Virus record (IMG/VR): IMGVR_UViG_3300048576_000587
Origin: an uncultured virus (IMG/VR IMGVR_UViG_3300048576_000587)
Lineage: Duplodnaviria > Heunggongvirae > Uroviricota > Caudoviricetes
DNA length: 24,203 bases
Strand: one strand, 5' to 3'
Position 1 is the stretch's first letter. Every line of letters begins with the position of its first letter. The position numbers and the translations under genes are program-made. The notes under the pieces are model-generated. The model saw nothing but the letters and a program-made list of their open reading frames with translations, ran no database searches and was not told the DNA's origin. This document shows positions 1-8,279 of the stretch, piece after piece.

Positions 1-123
1 GTTCTGCAGACCTGCTATCATACGATTATGCAAAAGGATGAGGCATTGGAAAACAGTAATTTAAACACGTATTACGGGTTTGGAATTAAGCAGACCTGTT
101 ATCATACGATAATGGAGGTATAA
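1..123 (+). CDS. 3' end of upstream gene, probably a P2 gpI-like baseplate/tail protein (partial)
   Basis: Frame 1 is open to TAA 121-123: VLQTCYHTIMQKDEALENSNLNTYYGFGIKQTCYHTIMEV. It resembles the C-terminus of the gpI homolog at 3700-4272 (VYYIGFGVYQRHFQKIR) and sits directly before a fibre gene. Confidence 0.55.
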   Translation, partial: VLQTCYHTIMQKDEALENSNLNTYYGFGIKQTCYHTIMEV

Positions 124-124
124 A

Positions 125-2101
125 ATGGCCAAGTTTACAAATTTGACTATGACCGAAAATGGTCTGACTTTGCAAATCAAAGCCCAGTCCGGTACTCAAT
201 TGAAGTTTACCAAGGTCGCCATTGGTGATGGGACTTTGGATGAAGGTGAAAGTTTAAATGGTTTAATTCAGTTGAAAAAAGAAAGAATGTCGACGGCTAT
301 CGGCAATTTATCCATCGAAAACGGTTCTACAGTTATTAAAGCCAATTTTTCCAATAAAGACTTGACTGAGAGTTTCTATTTAAGGGAATTGGGCATTTTC
401 GCCAATGATCCCGACGCGGGGGAAATTTTGTACGCCGTAACCTATGATGAAAAACAGGGAGATTATTTACCGGCTTATAACGGCAGTGAAGTTGTAGAGC
501 AGGTGTTCACTCTTTCACTGATAGTATGTAGCGCCACTGATGTGACGGCTACCTTTGCGGAGTCGATCTATGTTTTGAGAGCCGGCGAAACTATGACCGG
601 ACCGTTGGTTTTGAGTGGGGACCCTACTACAGATTTAGGGGCTGCAACGAAACATTATGTGGATAATTGTACAGTGGATAATATCCAAGGTTTCATTAAA
701 TCCCTGATCGTTGCCTCAGGAAAAACAATAACTACTGGGGATGTAGTGCGGATGATTAATGGGGGGATTGAAAAAGCTGTAAATCAACAAATGGGACCTC
801 CAGTAATATTTGAGAATAATAAAATCGGGGAAATAACAGCATGTGTTTTGGATAGTAAACGAGTACTTTTAGCCTATCGAAATGAAAATAATTCCGGTTA
901 TGGTACTGCGATAGTATTATCTATTTCCGGCACTACGATTACTACCGGTACAGCAGTAGTATTTAATAGCGGATCTACTGACTTTATAAGAACATGTGTT
1001 TTGGATAGTGGACGAGTACTGGTAGTATATGAAAATCTAAATAATTCATCTTATGGCACTGCAGTAATATTAACTATTTCTGGTACAATAATCACTGTTG
1101 GAACAGCAACAGTGATTATTAATACTACATACACTTATATTCATTCCATATGTATGTTAAATAGTGAGCGAGTATTGGTGGTATATTCAATTGGAAACAG
1201 TCCTTATTATGGCGCTGCAGTAATATTAACTGTTTCCAATACCACGCTGACTACCGGTTCGGTAACAGTATTTAATAATAAATTTACTAGTAGTATATCT
1301 GCATGTGTTTTAGATAGCAGCCGGGTGTTGGTAGCATATGAAGATGTAGATGATTCTCATTACAGCAAAGCAGTAATATTGACTGTTTCTGGAACTACAA
1401 TCACTGTCGGTACGACAATAGTATTTAATAATGCATACACAAGTGGAATATCCGCATGTACTTTGGATAATGGACGAGTGTTAGTGGCATATGAGGATGT
1501 AAATAATTCTTATTATGGCAAAGCAGTAATATTGACTGTTTCCGGAATTGCGATCACCGTCGGTACAGCAATAGTATTTAATAATGCAAAGACTTATAGT
1601 ATATCCACATGCGCTTTGGATAATGGAAGAGTATTAGTGGCGTATGGAAGCCAAGATAGTTTCGGCGCTATGGTAATATTAACTACATCCGGTGCTAACA
1701 TATTTTCCAATGTTCCGAAAATATTTGCGAATGCGCGTATTTATTTAATATCTGCTTACATTTTTAGTAATAATCGAGTACTGCTAACATGGGCGTTATA
1801 TGCTGGTAATAATATATTATGGGGTTACGATTACAAATGCGGTACTGCGGCAATTATAGATATGGCGCCTTCGATGAGTGGAATATGTGGAATTGCAAAT
1901 GAGAGTAAAACGAATGGAGAGTTGTGTAAAGTTTCAATCGGCCCAATCATAACCCGGTTATCAGGATTGATAACCGGAGCAACTTATTATTTGAATGAAA
2001 CCGGATCATTAATAACAACTTCATCATCACTCCAAATCGGGGTCGCACTAAGTGATACTGAATTAATTTGGCAACCTGCCAGAGTTAATCAAGATATTTA
2101 A
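125..2101 (+). CDS. Phage tail fibre: DUF3751-like N-terminal baseplate anchor plus C-terminal 7-repeat beta-propeller
   Basis: RBS GGAGG at 114-118. N-terminus MAKFTNLTMT..G..LQ.K..SG..LKFTKVAIGDG..YLRELGIFANDPDAGEILYA; MTGPLVLSGDPTTDLGAATKHYVD fibre motif; seven ~51-aa repeats. Confidence 0.85.
   Translation: MAKFTNLTMTENGLTLQIKAQSGTQLKFTKVAIGDGTLDEGESLNGLIQLKKERMSTAIGNLSIENGSTVIKANFSNKDLTESFYLRELGIFANDPDAGEILYAVTYDEKQGDYLPAYNGSEVVEQVFTLSLIVCSATDVTATFAESIYVLRAGETMTGPLVLSGDPTTDLGAATKHYVDNCTVDNIQGFIKSLIVASGKTITTGDVVRMINGGIEKAVNQQMGPPVIFENNKIGEITACVLDSKRVLLAYRNENNSGYGTAIVLSISGTTITTGTAVVFNSGSTDFIRTCVLDSGRVLVVYENLNNSSYGTAVILTISGTIITVGTATVIINTTYTYIHSICMLNSERVLVVYSIGNSPYYGAAVILTVSNTTLTTGSVTVFNNKFTSSISACVLDSSRVLVAYEDVDDSHYSKAVILTVSGTTITVGTTIVFNNAYTSGISACTLDNGRVLVAYEDVNNSYYGKAVILTVSGIAITVGTAIVFNNAKTYSISTCALDNGRVLVAYGSQDSFGAMVILTTSGANIFSNVPKIFANARIYLISAYIFSNNRVLLTWALYAGNNILWGYDYKCGTAAIIDMAPSMSGICGIANESKTNGELCKVSIGPIITRLSGLITGATYYLNETGSLITTSSSLQIGVALSDTELIWQPARVNQDI
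800..1860 (+). repeat. Seven ~153-bp (51-aa) coding tandem repeats, probable propeller blades
   Basis: Consensus CxLDxxRVLVAYxxxxNSxYGxAVILTVSGTTITVGTAxVFN; ATGTGTTTTGGATAGT recurs at 841 and 994 (153-bp period); AT-rich. Confidence 0.9.
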
Positions 2102-2152
2102 CCTAACTGAATATGGATAGTCAAGAATATTTAAATTTGGGAGGAATAAAAA

Positions 2153-2410
2153 ATGATTGTACTCATCGACAAAAATAATGTAATTATTGATATTGTGGAA
2201 TCCGCTCAAACGGTTGAAAACGGTCTTCAGGTCACAAAAAATAAACAGACTTATATTTACGCGAGTGTTTTGAGTAAAGACTTCTCCCAAATAGAAAAAG
2301 ATAACATACCGGATGGAGTTAATGCCCAGGCATACAAATTGGTTGAAGGGGAATATGTGGTCAATCCGGATTATGTGGCACCAAAATATTATAATACCAC
2401 AAGGTTCTGA
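2153..2410 (+). CDS. Small fibre-associated hypothetical protein (possible chaperone), possibly frameshifted at its 3' end
   Basis: RBS GGGAGGA; follows a fibre gene; the +1 frame continues to 2492 with coiled-coil-like sequence. Confidence 0.6.
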   Translation: MIVLIDKNNVIIDIVESAQTVENGLQVTKNKQTYIYASVLSKDFSQIEKDNIPDGVNAQAYKLVEGEYVVNPDYVAPKYYNTTRF

Positions 2411-2555
2411 TACCGAATCGATTAGGAGCACCCTGATAAGCCTAAAAGAGGAATTAGAGAACTACCAAAAGCAAAATAATGTTTTGAAGTAACTATCATC
2501 GTGGAGAGTATCGTAATTATGGGAATGTTATTGTAATCCAAGGCGGTGAATAAGC

Positions 2556-3707
2556 TTGTCCAACATTGACAAATTAAACAATCTAACGGATATCGATTTT
2601 GTGGATACGGATGTGAATACCTTGCTGGCCGAATTAATCGCCGATTACGAGACCAAGTATGCGGAATTGACCGGCGAATCCAAAACCCTGGCCGGTGGCG
2701 ATCCGATTCGCATTTTGCTTTATGCCAATGCGGCGCGGATTTATGCAATCTTACAAAAGATTAATCATGCGGCCAAACAGAATTTATTGAAATATGCCGC
2801 CGGGAACTATTTGGATCAACTGGGAGCGCGGGTGGGGGTGATCCGCCAGGAGGCGACTTCCGCCAAAGCCACCGTGGAATTTACCCTGTCCAAAGCCCAG
2901 TCCGGTGGGGTAACCATTCCGAAAGGGACCCGGGTGGCCGCGGGTAATGTCTATTTTGCCACGCTCAAAGAGGCTGGAATCGCCCCTGGTAGCCTGGCTG
3001 CCGATATTACCGTGGAATGCGCCGAAACCGGCGCCTTGGGGAATGACTTTACCAGCGGGCAAATCAATGTCCTGGTGGATCCGATCCAATATGTGGCAAG
3101 TGTTAGTAATATCGACACCAGCGGGGGCGGGACCGACGAAGAGGATGACGAATCCTTGAGGGAACGGATCTTCCTTAAACCGGAATCATTCAGTGTGGCC
3201 GGGCCATCCGGGGCCTATGAATACTTTGCCAAGGAATATAGCTCAGAAGTTGCGGATGTGGCCATTGATTCTTCCAGTGAGGGAGTAGTCAATATCTATA
3301 TTATCCTTGAAGGCGGCAAGATACCGGATGATAATGATCACATTCTTACAGAGCTGAATCAATATTTGAGCGACCAGACCCGGCGGCCCTTGACGGACAA
3401 GGTGAATGTCCTTGCGCCAAGCCCGGTGGAATATAACATTGATCTTACCTATTATATCAAGAGCAGTGACAGTTCGATGGAGAGTAATATTAAAACCGCC
3501 GTGGCCAATGCGATTCAAACCTACCGGCTTTGGCAAAAGTCTAAAATCGGCCGTGATATCGATCCCGGCTATCTCCAATATCTGATTTACGCTGCCGGGG
3601 CTAAGCGGGTAGTCATTAATTCCCCAAACTATCAGCAGCTTTCCATTACCCAAGTAGCCAAGGATGTAACGGTAAACGTTATTTACGGGGGGCTCGAGGA
3701 TGAGTGA
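2556..3707 (+). CDS. Baseplate J/gp47 family protein (contractile-tail wedge)
   Basis: LLKYAAGNYLDQLG, GVTIPKGTRV, ECAETGALGN, GGTDEEDDESLRERI, SVAGPSGAYEYFA and RRPLTDKV motifs; TTG start with AGGCGGTG RBS. Confidence 0.93.
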   Translation: MSNIDKLNNLTDIDFVDTDVNTLLAELIADYETKYAELTGESKTLAGGDPIRILLYANAARIYAILQKINHAAKQNLLKYAAGNYLDQLGARVGVIRQEATSAKATVEFTLSKAQSGGVTIPKGTRVAAGNVYFATLKEAGIAPGSLAADITVECAETGALGNDFTSGQINVLVDPIQYVASVSNIDTSGGGTDEEDDESLRERIFLKPESFSVAGPSGAYEYFAKEYSSEVADVAIDSSSEGVVNIYIILEGGKIPDDNDHILTELNQYLSDQTRRPLTDKVNVLAPSPVEYNIDLTYYIKSSDSSMESNIKTAVANAIQTYRLWQKSKIGRDIDPGYLQYLIYAAGAKRVVINSPNYQQLSITQVAKDVTVNVIYGGLEDE

Positions 3708-4272
3708 ACGGCGTGGCAAGACGATAAATGATGTGACTTTGCTGGAGTTATTGCCCCCTAATCTGGCGGAGATCCCGGAGTTCATCGCTGTGGGCGCAGC
3801 CATTGACAAGCAGTGGCAAAAGCTGGCGGCCAAGATTAACAAGGTACTGACCTTTGTGGACATTGATGAGGCCTGCCCGGAGGTGGTTGATATGCTGGCG
3901 GCTGAAATGAATGTGGATTTTTATGACTCCACTTTGGAGTTGGCCAAACGGCGGGTGCTGGTGAAAAACGGTTATGTCTACAAATACACCAAGGGGACGG
4001 CTTACGCGATTCAACAGGTGGTAACCGACGCTTATGACACGGCTCATGTGGAAGAGTGGTTCGATTATAATGGAGAGCCATATCATTTCCGGATTACGAC
4101 CGGGGCGTCCATGCCGGACGAAGCGATCATCAATCATATTTTCAGCGCGGTCAATGCAGTCAAAAATGTTCGTTCCAAACTAGATTATCTAGGCGCCTTA
4201 AAAACAGTCGATAATCCGGTTTATTATATCGGATTTGGAGTATATCAGCGGCATTTTCAAAAAATTCGTTAA
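3700..4272 (+). CDS. Phage tail protein I (P2 gpI-like)
   Basis: LLELLPPNL, DMLAAEMNVDFYD, KGTAYAI, EEWFDYNGEPYHF and KNVRSKL motifs; overlaps the baseplate J stop. Confidence 0.88.
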   Translation: MSERRGKTINDVTLLELLPPNLAEIPEFIAVGAAIDKQWQKLAAKINKVLTFVDIDEACPEVVDMLAAEMNVDFYDSTLELAKRRVLVKNGYVYKYTKGTAYAIQQVVTDAYDTAHVEEWFDYNGEPYHFRITTGASMPDEAIINHIFSAVNAVKNVRSKLDYLGALKTVDNPVYYIGFGVYQRHFQKIR

Positions 4273-4292
4273 TACGAAAATAGAAAATCTAA

Positions 4293-4399
4293 TTCTCGCG
4301 CAGAGACGCGGAGAATGATAAAATATAATTTCTGTTAAATGCTAAGTCATTTTGTTCTAGATAATCATTCCTCTGCGTCTCAGCGCCTCCGCGGGAGAA
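4293..4399. repeat. Intergenic inverted-repeat element built from 8-bp subunits (REP/MITE-like)
   Basis: Left arm TTCTC-GCGCAGAG-ACGCGGAG-AATGAT (4293-4319); right arm ATCATT-C-CTCTGCGT-CTCAGCGC-CTCCGCGG-GAGAA (4364-4399); AT-rich spacer. Confidence 0.75.
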
Positions 4400-4492
4400 C
4401 AATGATTCAATGACTTACGATATTTTCATTCCTGGTTGTGATACCAATCATGCCGTGTTAGTTAGAATGCAAAGTTCGGAGGAGAAAGAAAA

Positions 4493-6424
4493 ATGGCGAA
4501 TTTTGGGACTTTAGTAATAACAACTGCCGGAATGGACTTGCAAGGAAAAGTTGAAGCCGGTCGGACAACATTGACTTTTAACCGGGTGGCAATCGGTGAT
4601 GGGACTTTACCCGGCGGGACAAGTCTCTCGAGTTTAACAAACTTGATCAACCCGAAAATGTCGGTCGCCATTAACTCCATCACTGTAAATAAAGGCTTGG
4701 CGACCTTAAAGTTTACTTTTTCCAATAGTGGTCTGATTACCGGGTTCTATATCCGCGAGCTTGGCATATTCGCCAATGATCCCGACGCGGGTGAAATCCT
4801 TTACGCCGTGGTCAATGCCGGTGACAGTCCTGACTATCTGCCGGCGGAAGGGTCGAATATTGTGGAGGAGATCTTTGAGGTGGTAGCTGCCATTGGTAGT
4901 ACCTCCAACGTAACTGCAACGATAGATAAGTCCTTAACTTTCTTGCCTTTGGTGGGCGGCAATATGGCGGGAGCTATCAACGAGGCTGAGGTGGCCATGG
5001 CCGCGGAAGCAACGATGAACATAGGGACTGCGGCGGGGAATTTTATTTTGGTAACCGGTACAACAACGATAACCGCTTTTGATAATGTGCAGGCTGGGGC
5101 TAGGCGTACTTTAAAATTTACCAACTCCTTAACAATTACGTATAATTCAGCCAGCATGATTTTGCCGGACGCGACCAGTCTTGCGGTTAGCGCCGGTGAC
5201 GTTGCGGAATTTGTAAGTCTGGGTAATGGGAATTGGGTTTGTATTAATTATCAACCGGCAGTCGGGAATTTGCCAAGCAATGGCACTGCAGTGAATGCGG
5301 CGACAGCGACTAATGTTACAACCAATATCAATGGTCGTGCCATTACACATATTTTCGAATCTGATGGAGTAACGGCGAAAAATGCGACGAATGCACTTAT
5401 AACGAATCGTGCTAAATCTATTGGCGGCTATGCTGGTGTATTAAATAATATGTTAGGTACATGGCCGCAAATTTTGGCTCCAATGTTACGGCAACAATCT
5501 CTTACACTAAATTCGGGAGAAAATAATGGAGGTAGTATTACTTTTGATGGCACTTATTTATATGTAGTGAATAAAACCTTACCAACAATTATTACAAAAA
5601 TTAATTCAAGTACTATGACAAGAATAGGATCTCTTGAATTGGAATATGGAGAATGGACTGCAAATTCTATTACTTTTGATGGCGCTTATTTATATGTAGC
5701 AAATGTGACCAATCCAACAATAATTACCAAAATCAATCCAAATACTATGACAAGAATAGGATCTCTCACCCTAAATTCAGGAGAAAATAATGCATGTACT
5801 ATTACTTTTGATGGTACTTATCTATATGCAGTAAATTCAACCTATCCAACAACAATAATTACCAAAATTGATCCAAGTGGCATGACAAGAATAGGATCTC
5901 TTTCATTAAATTCGGGGGAATATAATGCATGGGGTGTTACTTTTGATGGTACTTATTTATATGTAGTAAATCAGACCGAACCAACAATAATTACTAAAAT
6001 TAATCCAAGAACTATGACAAGAATAGGATCTCTTACCTTAAATTCAGGAGAAAATAATGCACATGCTATTACTTTTGATGGCATTTATTTATACGTAGTA
6101 AATTTAGGCAATCCAACAATAATTACTAAAGTTAATCCAAGGACTATGACAAGAATAGGATCTCTTACCTTAAATTCGGGAGAAAATAATGGATGCAGTG
6201 TTACTTTTGATGGCACTTATTTATATGTAGCAAATGTGACCAATCCAACAATAATTACCAAAATCAATCCAAATACTATGACAAGAATAGGATCTCTTTC
6301 ATTAAATTCGGAAGAAAATAATGCAAATTCAATTATTTTTGATGGTACTTATCTATATGTAGTAAATTCAACCAATCCGACTATAGTTAAACAAATTGAT
6401 ACTATGGGAAATTATTGGAGTTAA
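4493..6424 (+). CDS. Phage tail fibre: DUF3751-like anchor plus a different C-terminal 7-repeat beta-propeller
   Basis: RBS GGAGGAG; N-terminus paralogous to 125-2101 (RVAIGDG, IRELGIFANDPDAGEILYAV, DYLPA); seven 44-aa repeats. Confidence 0.85.
   Translation: MANFGTLVITTAGMDLQGKVEAGRTTLTFNRVAIGDGTLPGGTSLSSLTNLINPKMSVAINSITVNKGLATLKFTFSNSGLITGFYIRELGIFANDPDAGEILYAVVNAGDSPDYLPAEGSNIVEEIFEVVAAIGSTSNVTATIDKSLTFLPLVGGNMAGAINEAEVAMAAEATMNIGTAAGNFILVTGTTTITAFDNVQAGARRTLKFTNSLTITYNSASMILPDATSLAVSAGDVAEFVSLGNGNWVCINYQPAVGNLPSNGTAVNAATATNVTTNINGRAITHIFESDGVTAKNATNALITNRAKSIGGYAGVLNNMLGTWPQILAPMLRQQSLTLNSGENNGGSITFDGTYLYVVNKTLPTIITKINSSTMTRIGSLELEYGEWTANSITFDGAYLYVANVTNPTIITKINPNTMTRIGSLTLNSGENNACTITFDGTYLYAVNSTYPTTIITKIDPSGMTRIGSLSLNSGEYNAWGVTFDGTYLYVVNQTEPTIITKINPRTMTRIGSLTLNSGENNAHAITFDGIYLYVVNLGNPTIITKVNPRTMTRIGSLTLNSGENNGCSVTFDGTYLYVANVTNPTIITKINPNTMTRIGSLSLNSEENNANSIIFDGTYLYVVNSTNPTIVKQIDTMGNYWS
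5498..6400 (+). repeat. Seven ~132-bp (44-aa) near-identical coding tandem repeats
   Basis: Consensus SLTLNSGENNAxxITFDGTYLYVVNxTNPTIITKINPxTMTRIG; CTTTTGATGG at 5541 and 5673; 5685-5766 identical to 6216-6297. Confidence 0.95.
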
Positions 6425-6617
6425 TATTGTATTTTTAATGGAACATGGTGACTTTGATTAACTTATAAAAAGTTATGAATTACACTCCGGAGTGGCTTAT
6501 TGATTCTCATCCGGCCAATTAGCTAAAACAATTATCAATAAAATAGATGAGATAAACCTGGATATTTAGTTTATTGTTAGATAAATTCTCTGATGTCAAA
6601 GAAGGAGGAGAATTCCC

Positions 6618-7583
6618 ATGCCTGACCTTACACCCACCATTAACCTCAAAAAACCGCTGGGCAATGAAACGGTCAACCGGGCCGCATATGCGGAAAACCT
6701 GGACTTGATTGATGCAGCGGCTTTGGCGGCGAAGAATGATTTGCAAACTCATCTGGATAGTCCTGATCCCCACCCCCAGGCGGGTTATTATGACTTTCCC
6801 ATCGGCGCCATCATTTTCGCCGCATATGATACACCTCCGGGAGGATGGCTTGAATGTAATGGGGCGGCGATCTCCCGAATGGCGTTTCCGGAGTTGTTCG
6901 CCAGGATTGGAACCCGTTTTGGTATAGGCGACGGTACGGTTACTTTTAATTTACCGGATCTGCGCGGGGAGTTTATCCGGGGCTGGGATCATGATAGAGG
7001 AATTGACTCTGGGCGGCAATTGGGGAGCTGGCAGAAAGATGAGTTTAAGAGCCATTATCATGAAACCGATGTAGAAGGACCTAAGAATGACGGTCCAACA
7101 AGATATGCATGTATCGGGAGTTATTTAAGTCACCCTACGACTAACACTTTCCCTAGCGGCGGTTCCGAAACTCGCCCCCGGAACATCGCCCTGATGCCCA
7201 TCATCAAGGCCAAGAATGTCCAGGGGTCCGATCCAGCGGTGCATCAAGCCAACGCCGACACTCTGGACGGGTTGCACGCCGCCGACTTTATGCCGTCCAA
7301 TTCTTTTAACAATCATAGTTTGGGTTCCACCGGTTATCAGGCGTTACCCGGCGGGCTGTTACTCCAGTGGGGCAAGAACACGGTGAACGCCAACGCCACT
7401 GCCGTTTTTAATTTCCCAATCACCTTTCCCGGCGAAGTATTTATGATTTTGGCCGGACTTGATCAGGAAAAAACCACAGTGGACAATACCGTTTCCGCCC
7501 ATTCCGTCTCCAAATCACAGTATTCCCTCTCCAATACTTGCGGTACGGCGAAAACTATCTCCTGGATTGCTTTAGGTAGGTGA
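6618..7583 (+). CDS. Tail fibre with phage tail-collar domain and gp53-like C-terminal domain
   Basis: RBS AGGAGGAG; MPDLTPTINLKKPLGNE start; collar motif PIGAI..PPGGWLECNG..FNLPDLRGEFIRGWD; ETRPRNIA; GYQALPGGLLLQWG. Confidence 0.88.
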   Translation: MPDLTPTINLKKPLGNETVNRAAYAENLDLIDAAALAAKNDLQTHLDSPDPHPQAGYYDFPIGAIIFAAYDTPPGGWLECNGAAISRMAFPELFARIGTRFGIGDGTVTFNLPDLRGEFIRGWDHDRGIDSGRQLGSWQKDEFKSHYHETDVEGPKNDGPTRYACIGSYLSHPTTNTFPSGGSETRPRNIALMPIIKAKNVQGSDPAVHQANADTLDGLHAADFMPSNSFNNHSLGSTGYQALPGGLLLQWGKNTVNANATAVFNFPITFPGEVFMILAGLDQEKTTVDNTVSAHSVSKSQYSLSNTCGTAKTISWIALGR

Positions 7584-7589
7584 TAAATT

Positions 7590-7979
7590 ATGAAATATGC
7601 TCAATATGATGAAAAGGGCCGGATTACCGGGTTTTATACCCAGGGGTTAAACGGCGGGCTTCCCGAAAACGCCATTGAGATCAGCGATGAAGAATGGCTT
7701 GAATGTTTAAACGACCAGACCCGGTGGCGGGTCAATCCGGTAACCAAAGGACTGGAAGCGGATGATTATTCGCCATTAGCGGCCGAAAAACAGTTGAACA
7801 CCGTAATCCGCCCTCAAAGGGACAAGTTGCTTACCGCCAGCGATTGGACCCAACTCCTCGACAACGGCTTATCCCGGGCCAAGCGGAAGGAATGGGCCAT
7901 CTATCGGCGGAACCTCCGGAATTTTCCGGAAGTTTGCGACCCATTTGACCCGGTCTGGCCGGAACCGCCGGGGAGATGA
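7590..7979 (+). CDS. Tail fibre assembly chaperone
   Basis: LPENAIEISDEEW N-terminal part and RxQRDKLLxxSDWTQLxD..WAIYRRNLR..VWPEPP C-terminal part; follows a fibre gene. Confidence 0.85.
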   Translation: MKYAQYDEKGRITGFYTQGLNGGLPENAIEISDEEWLECLNDQTRWRVNPVTKGLEADDYSPLAAEKQLNTVIRPQRDKLLTASDWTQLLDNGLSRAKRKEWAIYRRNLRNFPEVCDPFDPVWPEPPGR

Positions 7980-8021
7980 ACCAGCTATAAATGGAGCAAT
8001 TATAAAGAAAATGGTTATCGG

Positions 8022-8260
8022 ATCACGAATAGCACGAATAAAACATAGAACCTTTTCGTGTATTTCGTGACTTTCATGATCAATATGTTTTAAAGGGGTT
8101 TTATTCGAGCAATTCGTGCTATTCGTGATTAAAAAGTTTAGAATTTATGATTGTTTTATAGTTCCATTGTTACAGGAATTTATGAACCACGAATCATACC
8201 AATAGTATCAAAAATGATATGCAAAGGGTTTATTTCTTACGATCAGCGTTATTCGTGGTT
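8022..8260. repeat. Cluster of inverted repeats built from 9-bp CACGAAT-containing subunits (REP/MITE-like)
   Basis: Perfect 18-bp IR ATCACGAATAGCACGAAT (8022-8039) / ATTCGTGCTATTCGTGAT (8112-8129); extra TTCGTG arm at 8055-8081; 10-bp IR AACCACGAAT (8185-8194) / ATTCGTGGTT (8251-8260). Confidence 0.8.
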
Positions 8261-8279
8261 AAAAAAGGAGCAAAAAGCC

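Noticed and set aside
6..110. 21-bp direct repeat GCAGACCTG(C/T)TATCATACGAT at 6-26 and 90-110 as a CRISPR or att site
   Set aside because: Only two copies, 84 bp apart and in frame, both encoding QTCYHTI within the upstream CDS; a coding repeat.
178..2906. Identical 16-mer CAAAGCCCAGTCCGGT at 178-193 and 2891-2906
   Set aside because: Both encode KAQSG in unrelated proteins; one such match in 24 kb is compatible with chance.
5498..6400. Diversity-generating retroelement template/variable repeats
   Set aside because: Repeats are in-frame tandem blades; differences are not confined to adenines, and no reverse transcriptase or non-coding template is in the window.
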